Source: an unidentified bacterial endosymbiont (GTDB lineage: Bacteria > Pseudomonadota > Gammaproteobacteria > Enterobacterales > G038960095). From it: a stretch of 24,000 nucleotides of DNA. Positions 17,788 to 24,000 of this stretch are shown one piece after another (the first letter of the stretch is position 1; each line of letters starts with the position of its first letter). Under the pieces are notes generated by a model. It saw nothing but the letters and a program-made list of their open reading frames with translations. It searched no databases and was not told the origin of the DNA. The stretch is taken from assembly GCF_918320885.1 (NCBI RefSeq), contig NZ_OU907312.1, positions 534,465 through 558,464 of the forward strand, given 5' to 3'. Both the position numbers and the translations under genes were made by a program.

Positions 17788-18705
17788 ATGCGCAGAAAGA
17801 AGATCATTATTGCAACCCGCCAAAGTCCGTTAGCCTTATGGCAGTCACGGTTTATTGCTCAGCAATTGCAATGCTTTGACTCCAGATTGATGATTCAGTT
17901 AGCCCCGATTGCCACGCAAGGGGATCGGGATCTGCATCTGCCCCTGGATCAGGCGACGCAGCGGGGGCTGTTTGTTGCAGCGTTAGAACAGGAGTTGCTA
18001 GCACAGCGGGCGGATATGGCCGTACATTCGGTCAAAGATCTACCCATTGCCGAGCTCCCGGGGCTCACTTTTTCGACGTTTGGAGGTCGCGAAGTGGCAC
18101 AGGAAGCTCTGATTAGCCATCAGGGAAGCCCCTTGGAGGCATTGCCGCCACAGGCTAGGGTAGGGACCTCTAGTCGGTTGCGGCAGCAGCAACTGGCGTA
18201 CCATCGGCCTGATTTAACGCTTAAGGCGCTACGGGGTAATGTGACGAGCCGTTTACAACAGTGGCTACAGGGAGATTATGATGCGTTGATCTTGGCAGTC
18301 GCTGGCCTGAAACGCTTGGGCTTGCAACGGTACATCAGTGCCTACCTATCATTGGATACCTGGTTACCGGCACCGGGTCAGGGGGCGTTAGCTGTGCAGT
18401 ATCGCACCGAGGATCACGAAATCCAGGCGTTAGTCGCGCACTTCACCGAGCTTGAGACTGAAGCTTGTGTAACGGCAGAGCGAGCGGTGTTGCGGCGTTG
18501 CAGCACTGAAGGGCTAGCGGTCGGAGCTTATGCCCATCCGCAAGGCGCCGGATTACAACTGCACGCCGTAGTGATTGCGGCGCATGGAGAGCGGTACACT
18601 GGATCCTTGTCGGGTCCCTGGGCACTGGCAGGGTCGATCGGCGGCCAGCTGGCTGAAACGCTATTAGCACAGGGTTGTATTGCTCGGCTGGCAACAGCTT
18701 ATTGA
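17788..18705 (+). CDS. hemC: porphobilinogen deaminase (hydroxymethylbilane synthase), divergent
   Basis: IATRQSPLALWQ, RADMAVHSVKDLP, GTSS.LRQ, LRGNVTSRL, ILAVAGLKRLGL, LPAPGQGAL and VTAERA are collinear with E. coli HemC. Several normally conserved positions differ (see findings). Confidence 0.85.
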   Translation: MRRKKIIIATRQSPLALWQSRFIAQQLQCFDSRLMIQLAPIATQGDRDLHLPLDQATQRGLFVAALEQELLAQRADMAVHSVKDLPIAELPGLTFSTFGGREVAQEALISHQGSPLEALPPQARVGTSSRLRQQQLAYHRPDLTLKALRGNVTSRLQQWLQGDYDALILAVAGLKRLGLQRYISAYLSLDTWLPAPGQGALAVQYRTEDHEIQALVAHFTELETEACVTAERAVLRRCSTEGLAVGAYAHPQGAGLQLHAVVIAAHGERYTGSLSGPWALAGSIGGQLAETLLAQGCIARLATAY

Positions 18706-18732
18706 AGTAGGGTTCATGACCGAGAACTGTGG

Positions 18733-19473
18733 ATGACCGTGTTGGTCGTACGCCCCGGGGCACAGGGGGCGGAATTAGTGTTCCAGCTCCAGCAGCAGGG
18801 GATCGCTGCGATGCACTGCCCGCTGATAAGCTATGAGCCAATAGCCTCCTCCCCCAGCACTCGAATGGTCCTGCAGGATTTATCCAGTTACAGCATCATT
18901 ATGGCGTTATCGCCCCGTGCCGTTGAATTTATTCAGCCCTGGCGGGCTGTCGAACCCTTTCATTGGCCAACCCAGGTAGCCTATTACGCCATTGGGGCTG
19001 CTAGTGCCCAAGCATTAGAGCAGTGCTGTGGCCAACCCGTGGGATACCCCCTTGGACGCAGTAGCAGTGAAAGTGTGTTGGCACTGCCCCGTTTTTTACG
19101 AGTGGCCGGCGAGCGCATTCTACTGCTACGTGGCCAGGGGGGGCGCCGCCGCCTAGTGACCAGTTTGACACAGCGTGGTGCTAGCGTCAGCCTGTGTGAA
19201 TGTTATCAACGGGTGCCGATCGCTTATAATGGGTTAGAACAGAGTGACTTATGGCAGCAAGCTGGGGTAAATTGTCTGGTAGTCACCAGTGGAGAGCTCT
19301 TGCAACGGCTCTATACCCTGGTTCCAAAAACAGCACACCGGTGGTTGCTGCACTGCTCGCTGTTGGTGGTGAGTCCTCGACTAGCGAGGCTGGCGACCCG
19401 TTTAGGATGGACCAGCGTGGTGATGGCTGACAATGCTGACAATGCCGCGCTTCTGCGTGCATTAGTGCGCTAA
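18733..19473 (+). CDS. hemD: uroporphyrinogen-III synthase
   Basis: 246 aa. LLLRGQGGRRRL, SLCECYQR, VVTSGELLQRLYTLVP, WLLHCSLLVVSPRLARLA and ADNADNAALLRAL match E. coli HemD. Confidence 0.9.
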   Translation: MTVLVVRPGAQGAELVFQLQQQGIAAMHCPLISYEPIASSPSTRMVLQDLSSYSIIMALSPRAVEFIQPWRAVEPFHWPTQVAYYAIGAASAQALEQCCGQPVGYPLGRSSSESVLALPRFLRVAGERILLLRGQGGRRRLVTSLTQRGASVSLCECYQRVPIAYNGLEQSDLWQQAGVNCLVVTSGELLQRLYTLVPKTAHRWLLHCSLLVVSPRLARLATRLGWTSVVMADNADNAALLRALVR

Positions 19474-19557
19474 GCTTAGCAATAGAGACTTTAGGACTCA
19501 AGTGATGCGACCAGCAGTCAGGGGTGAGAGGGTGGGGCATTGTAGGCATTCAGCTCC

Positions 19558-20709
19558 GTGATAGGCTATAGCCAAGAGGACGTTATTCAACCGATGACCA
19601 CCGATAACAAGACACAGCGTAAACTGACAGAGGCACGAGCAGATGGCCAGCGGTTGAAGATAATAGGCCGTTGGGGGGTACGGTTCATCCTCCTGCTGTT
19701 ATTCGTTGTCAGTGGGCTGCTGCATGACCACAGTTATCGTCAAGGGTTACGACAACAGCAGTTATTAGTCGCCACCGAAGCTCACCTGACCGCACATCAG
19801 CAGCAGTGCCAACAGCGAGCACAGCAGTCGGCACGCCAGCAGCAGGCACTACGCAGTCTATTCGATCAACAGACCGAGCGCCTATTGCAATCGCAGCAGA
19901 TCACTGTTCAGCAAGCACAACAGCTCTCGCAGCTTCAGCAACAGGTGTTGGTCCTGTCCGCTAGCAGCCGTGCCGATTGGCAGTTACTAGAGATACAAAG
20001 CCTGCTGAAGGCAGCGGGTCACCAGTTATGGTTACTGCACAATGTGGGTGCTGCTCGCCGATTACTACAGGGGGCGGCTGATCTATTAACCACGGTCAAT
20101 AATCCTGCGCTATTGCCTTTACGTCAGGCCTTAGCAGACGATAGCCGTCGACTCGCCGGGATCGACCTGCCCGATCAAGAAGCCTTGGTGTTACAGCTGC
20201 TGAACAGCTTAGATCAGGTGGATTACCTCCCCATAGCTCGCCGGCGACTGGTGATGGTTGAGAGCACAACAGTGCCTACCACGCCCGCCGTGGAGCGTGC
20301 TGGATGGATCCAGTACTTATTACAGCAAGGGCAGTATCTGCTGCGACGGCTGATCACCATTCAGCGGCAGACTGACCAGGGTGTCGCCTTAGCCGCCCTC
20401 TCTGAGAGCACTGCCCGAGAGAGGCTGAGTGCCTACTTACGCTTAGCAGTGCAGGCGGTTTTGCAACAGCAATCAGTGCATTATCAGCACTGCTTAAGCC
20501 GCATGATCAGCCTACTCCAAGAGCAGTTCGAGCCTCAGGATCCCAGCGTGCTGGCACTATCGGCGCAGCTACAGCAGTGGCGACAACAGCAACCGCTACA
20601 GCTTGAACTCCCACAGCAGCTACAGAGCCAAATTTTGTTAGAAGCTTTTTTGCAGCCCTGGTTGGGTGATTCTCGACTGCTCTCTCCTCAATCTGGAATG
20701 GTTCAGTGA
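19558..20709 (+). CDS. hemX: HemX-family membrane protein (Gln-rich coiled coil)
   Basis: Position between hemD and hemY, one N-terminal TM segment and a long Q-rich region, as in enterobacterial HemX (393 aa). The start is uncertain: GTG 19558 or ATG 19594. Confidence 0.8.
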   Translation: MIGYSQEDVIQPMTTDNKTQRKLTEARADGQRLKIIGRWGVRFILLLLFVVSGLLHDHSYRQGLRQQQLLVATEAHLTAHQQQCQQRAQQSARQQQALRSLFDQQTERLLQSQQITVQQAQQLSQLQQQVLVLSASSRADWQLLEIQSLLKAAGHQLWLLHNVGAARRLLQGAADLLTTVNNPALLPLRQALADDSRRLAGIDLPDQEALVLQLLNSLDQVDYLPIARRRLVMVESTTVPTTPAVERAGWIQYLLQQGQYLLRRLITIQRQTDQGVALAALSESTARERLSAYLRLAVQAVLQQQSVHYQHCLSRMISLLQEQFEPQDPSVLALSAQLQQWRQQQPLQLELPQQLQSQILLEAFLQPWLGDSRLLSPQSGMVQ

Positions 20710-21341
20710 TGATGCGACGTTTGATGGTATGGTTGATGATGTTACTGGGGATGGTAGCTCTGATCGCTTACCTTATCAGGCCTTATCAGGGGTCTATCTT
20801 GGTGGTGGTGGGATCCTACCGTCTAGAGTCCAGCTTGGTGACGGTCGTCATGCTGTGGCTACTGTTATGGGGAGTACTGCTGATCGTGATGCACCTCTTG
20901 AGAAAACTGCTGCACCTCACCGGGTGGTGGAGGCGCTATCGCCAGTCGCGAGCGCAGGTGCAGTTGCATGCCGCACTACTGAAAGTGGTCGAGGGTGATT
21001 ATTTGGCGGCGGAAAAAGGGTTCGTGCGTAGTGCCCCGTTGAGCGAACAGCCTGATCTCCATTATCTATTAGCGGCGGAGGCCGCCCGCCAGCAGGGGAA
21101 TTGGCTCCAAGTAAAACGCTATTTATCCCAGATATCGGGCACTCCGGATCGACCTGATTGGTTAGCACTACAGATTAGCTGGGCTAGGGTGCAACTGGCG
21201 ACGCAACCGATCACCCTCTCGATGCCGAGTATTAATGCTTTATTACGCCTGGCTCCTCAACACCCAGCGGTCCGTCAGCTGGCTAGTCAGCTGGAACAAC
21301 AAGCAGTAGTGAAATCAGATCTCTCATGCAACGCGTTGTAA
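20709..21341 (+). CDS. hemY: HemY, N-terminal half only (~210 aa versus 398 in E. coli)
   Basis: Two N-terminal TM segments, then AALLKVVEGDYLAAEK and YLLAAEAARQQG, which match E. coli LLKLAEGDYQQVEK and YLLAAEAAQQRG. Similarity ends near E. coli residue ~205. TGATG start/stop overlap with hemX; the 3' end overlaps ftsB by 16 bp. Confidence 0.8.
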   Translation: MMRRLMVWLMMLLGMVALIAYLIRPYQGSILVVVGSYRLESSLVTVVMLWLLLWGVLLIVMHLLRKLLHLTGWWRRYRQSRAQVQLHAALLKVVEGDYLAAEKGFVRSAPLSEQPDLHYLLAAEAARQQGNWLQVKRYLSQISGTPDRPDWLALQISWARVQLATQPITLSMPSINALLRLAPQHPAVRQLASQLEQQAVVKSDLSCNAL

Positions 21342-21619
21342 TCGGCGTGCTTCTGCTACTGTTAGCCCGGGTACACTACGGTTTGGTTTTCGGTAAAAAT
21401 GGTCTACGGGCCTATTGGCAACTCAAGCAGGCGGTGCGCCTATTGGAAACCAATAATGGCCAACTGGCAGCGCGTAATCAGGAACTGTTGATAGAAGTGA
21501 ATGCCTTAGTGGATGATTTAGAGGCCATCGAAGAGCGGGCGCGTTATGAGTTGGGGATGGTGCGGCCCGATGAGCAGTTCTATCGGCTGCTTCCAAGCTC
21601 CCCTGATAGTCAGCCTTAA
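21326..21619 (+). CDS. ftsB: cell division protein FtsB
   Basis: FGKNGLRAY..., ARNQEL..., EERARYELGMVRPDEQFYRL match E. coli FtsB (FGKNGIHDY, ARNDQL, EERARNELSMVRPGETFYRL). Confidence 0.92.
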   Translation: MQRVVIGVLLLLLARVHYGLVFGKNGLRAYWQLKQAVRLLETNNGQLAARNQELLIEVNALVDDLEAIEERARYELGMVRPDEQFYRLLPSSPDSQP

Positions 21620-21633
21620 ACCACTAGGCCATC

Positions 21634-22320
21634 ATGTCCGCTGAGCCGCTGTATGCGATTGTCCCTGCTGCGGGGATTGGACGGCGCTTACAAGGCGAAC
21701 GCTCTAAGCAGTATCTACCGTTAGGGGATAGCTGTGTCATTGAACAGACCTTGCAGGTTTTATTGCAGCAGCAGGCCATTCACACCATTGTGGTTCTCCT
21801 CAATCCAGAAGATAGCTATTTTACCACCCTGGCGGTCGCAGCTGATCCGCGGATCCAGATCGCTGAGGGGGGCGCTCAGCGTGTCGATTCGGTCTGGGCT
21901 GGGTTGCAGCGGTTTCAGGCAGGCTGGGTCCTGGTGCATGATGCCGTGCGCCCCTGTTTACATCCTGATGATTTGCAGCGACTGCTGGCTGTGCGCGATC
22001 ACGCTCCCGCGGGTGCGATTTTGGCGACTCCGGTGCGTGACACCATTAAACGGGGTGATGCGCAAGGGAAGATTGTCGGCGCAATCTCACGGGAATCGCT
22101 ATGGCAGGCGTTAACGCCGCAACTATTCCCCGTACCGCTACTCAAAGTTTGCCTGCAACGGGCCTTGGGTGCTGGGATTGAGATCACCGATGAAGCTGCA
22201 GCGCTCACCTATTGCGGTTATGCACCCACGTTGGTGCCTGGCCGTGCGGATAATATCAAGATCACCTACCCTGAGGATCTGGTGATGGCAGCCTGCTTAT
22301 TAGCACAGCAACTAGGATAA
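21634..22320 (+). CDS. ispD: 2-C-methyl-D-erythritol 4-phosphate cytidylyltransferase
   Basis: [11 protein letters not shown]...[40 protein letters not shown] and [14 protein letters not shown] match IspD. Confidence 0.94.
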   Translation: MSAEPLYAIVPAAGIGRRLQGERSKQYLPLGDSCVIEQTLQVLLQQQAIHTIVVLLNPEDSYFTTLAVAADPRIQIAEGGAQRVDSVWAGLQRFQAGWVLVHDAVRPCLHPDDLQRLLAVRDHAPAGAILATPVRDTIKRGDAQGKIVGAISRESLWQALTPQLFPVPLLKVCLQRALGAGIEITDEAAALTYCGYAPTLVPGRADNIKITYPEDLVMAACLLAQQLG

Positions 22321-22327
22321 AGCGTTG

Positions 22328-22843
22328 ATGAGGATTGGTCATGGTTTTGACGTGCATGCGTTTGGCGGACCTGGGCCGCTGATACTGGGCGGGGTCAAGA
22401 TCCGCTATCCACAAGGATTAGTGGCGCATTCAGATGGCGATGTGCTGCTGCATGCCGTCACCGATGCCCTACTGGGTGCTGCAGCCTTGGGGGATATTGG
22501 ACGACTGTTCCCCGATAGTGATCCAGCTTACCGGGGAATAGAGAGTCGGATCTTATTACGAGAAGCTTTTAAGCAGGTGCAGCAGCAGGGCTACCAATTG
22601 GGAAACCTAGATATCACGATCATGGCACAAGCCCCCAAGCTGGCCCCGTACGTTGAGGCGATGCGCGATCACTTAATGGCTGATCTCCAGTGCAGTGCCC
22701 GCTCTATCAATATTAAAGCTACGACGACGGAGAAACTAGGCTTTATCGGCCGCGGTGAAGGCATCGCTTGTGAAGCCGTAGTGTTACTGGACTCTTCAGT
22801 GGGTGGCCAAGCGATACGGAGAGTGGGTAATGGGCTACAATGA
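22328..22843 (+). CDS. ispF: 2-C-methyl-D-erythritol 2,4-cyclodiphosphate synthase
   Basis: [14 protein letters not shown]...[25 protein letters not shown]...[22 protein letters not shown]. Start at ATG 22328. It has a ~12-aa C-terminal extension relative to E. coli (159 aa). Confidence 0.94.
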   Translation: MRIGHGFDVHAFGGPGPLILGGVKIRYPQGLVAHSDGDVLLHAVTDALLGAAALGDIGRLFPDSDPAYRGIESRILLREAFKQVQQQGYQLGNLDITIMAQAPKLAPYVEAMRDHLMADLQCSARSINIKATTTEKLGFIGRGEGIACEAVVLLDSSVGGQAIRRVGNGLQ

Positions 22844-23144
22844 CTGGTAATGGAATTTATCGATATAGGCACCGATCACCTTTTCATGGATTTCTTAGGA
22901 CACCACACGACTAATCTGATCAGCGTTGATACTGTTAGCTTTGGGTTGTTTGCCACGCTCTCTACCAGAGCGCTTATGGGGAGCGGTCAGTAGCTTTAGT
23001 GTGATGGTTGCCCTGGATTGAAGTAGGTGCTTCAGCATCGGCCTTGCAACCCAGGGCAGGATTGGGTATGATGCGGGCAATTTTTTGGCGGACTATCTTT
23101 GAAGATAAGCCGTTATCGCTGTTCTGAATACAAGGTGAGCTGGT

Positions 23145-23357
23145 ATGAAAAAAGATATCCACCCAGCCTATGCTGAAATTACTGCAACCTGCTCTTGCGG
23201 TAATGTGATTAAGACACGTTCTACTTGCGGACATGATCTGCACCTGGATGTCTGTAGTAGTTGTCACCCTTTTTACACTGGGAAACAAGGCCTCATCAGC
23301 AGTGGTGGCAGAGTTCAGCGGTTTAATAAACAGTTTACAGTGCTTGGAATACAGTAG
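23145..23357 (+). CDS. rpmE: 50S ribosomal protein L31 (zinc-ribbon type)
   Basis: [20 protein letters not shown]...[14 protein letters not shown]...[11 protein letters not shown] matches E. coli L31, and the CxC...CxxC motif is retained. Confidence 0.95.
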   Translation: MKKDIHPAYAEITATCSCGNVIKTRSTCGHDLHLDVCSSCHPFYTGKQGLISSGGRVQRFNKQFTVLGIQ

Positions 23358-23679
23358 TACTCCTGAAGATTTTTTGTCCGGGACTCTTTTCACTCGGCGC
23401 TTGCGTGCTGTCCAAGTAACCCTGTATTGAGTGCCTAGTTAACGGGAGTACCACGGAGGTTCGTTAGTCTGCTGTTTGGTCTTTGGTTTTAGAAGGCAGC
23501 GCTCGACTGCTGCGTTGCTCCTGTGGCCTTTTTAGAGAGGCTGCCTCGGTATCTTTACGGAGTATTGGGCAGCAGCTGGGCTGGGAACTCCTGTTAAATT
23601 CTTCTGTACTAGTCATTGCGTTTTCCCTTGATCGGCGCCATGCTACGAACGTTTTCCAGGTTTGCATGGAGCTGCTATC

Positions 23680-24000
23680 ATGAATAATCCCCTACTGACA
23701 ACGACCGATCTACCTCTTTTTTCCGCCATACGTGCTGAGCATATCGTGCCAGCTGTGCAACAGGCCATTCAAGCCGGTCGTCAGCTGGTGACTCAGCTAT
23801 TATCTCAGGGTGAACACTTTACCTGGGACACCTTCTGCCAGCCTTTGGCTGAGGAAGAGGACCGACTGGACCGACTGTGGTCACCTATTCGTCATCTGTA
23901 TGCTGTAAAAAACAGTCCAGAGTGGCGCGCACCCTATCAAGAGTGCGTGCAATTATTGACGGAGTATGCGACTTGGTTGGGTCAACACCAGGCCCTGTAT
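23680..24000 (+). CDS. prlC: oligopeptidase A, N-terminal 107 codons (runs off the right edge)
   Basis: Absent from the ORF track because it is open-ended. MNNPLLTTTDLPLFSAIRAEHIVPAV...WDTFCQPLAE...VKNSPEWR matches E. coli OpdA (MTNPLLTPFSLPPFSAIKPEHVVPAV...). Confidence 0.88.
   Translation, partial: MNNPLLTTTDLPLFSAIRAEHIVPAVQQAIQAGRQLVTQLLSQGEHFTWDTFCQPLAEEEDRLDRLWSPIRHLYAVKNSPEWRAPYQECVQLLTEYATWLGQHQALY

Noticed and set aside
18443-19549. Minus-strand ORFs 18443..18841 and 19283..19549 across hemC/hemD
   Set aside because: They are antisense to homologous genes, Pro/Arg/Ala-rich, and lack start context.
19790-19940. CAG/CAA-rich stretch that looks like a microsatellite
   Set aside because: It is an imperfect, in-frame Gln-rich coiled-coil region of HemX, not a pure tandem repeat.
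20771-20790. Perfect 10-bp tandem duplication CCTTATCAGG CCTTATCAGG in hemY, a possible frameshifting duplication
   Set aside because: Similarity to E. coli HemY continues in the same frame on both sides (IAGHQGYVLI versus IRPYQGSILV), so it is not a recent out-of-frame duplication.
20666-21168. ORFs 20666..20998(+) and 20917..21168(-) overlapping hemX/hemY
   Set aside because: These are alternative frames of hemY. The hemY frame is the one that shows homology to E. coli HemY.
21734-22208. ORFs 21734..22114(+) and 21999..22208(-) inside ispD
   Set aside because: They are off-frame or antisense to a clearly homologous ispD and have Arg/Ser/Cys-rich composition.
22974-23393. 139-aa minus-strand ORF covering rpmE, and 23233..23430(+) in another frame
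   Set aside because: The rpmE frame is nearly identical to E. coli L31, so the overlapping frames are incidental.

Overview
Chromosomal window from a gammaproteobacterium of the lineage that has MatP, a class I adenylate cyclase and the divergent cyaA/hemCDXY arrangement (Enterobacterales-like; species not identifiable by eye). About 80% is recognisable housekeeping coding sequence. In order: rpsP (partial), an unknown 213-aa ORF, asd, yhgN, rsmD, ftsY, rpoH, a ~4 kb accessory islet, a MarC-family gene, cutA, dcuA, groES-groEL, an orphan antitoxin remnant, matP, a half-length cyaA, hemC-hemD-hemX, a half-length hemY, ftsB-ispD-ispF, rpmE and prlC (partial). I found no rRNA, tRNA or CRISPR array. 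The main result is not one novel operon but a consistent pattern of recent genome erosion. (1) An intact IS3-family element with a 3-bp AAT target duplication splits a ~517-aa class-3-lipase-like (GHSLGG) putative effector exactly in frame. The track's two separate ORFs are therefore one gene. (2) That gene sits in an islet beside a retropepsin-like (DTGA) lipoprotein. (3) cyaA keeps only its catalytic half and runs into the matP start. (4) hemY keeps only its N-terminal half and runs into ftsB. (5) ftsEX is missing between ftsY and rpoH. (6) GroEL carries a 6-aa insertion and HemC looks altered at its cofactor loop. (7) A Phd/YefM-type antitoxin has no room for a toxin and lies among strong stem-loops 3' of groEL. 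All homology statements are by-eye comparisons with remembered E. coli sequences and need database confirmation.
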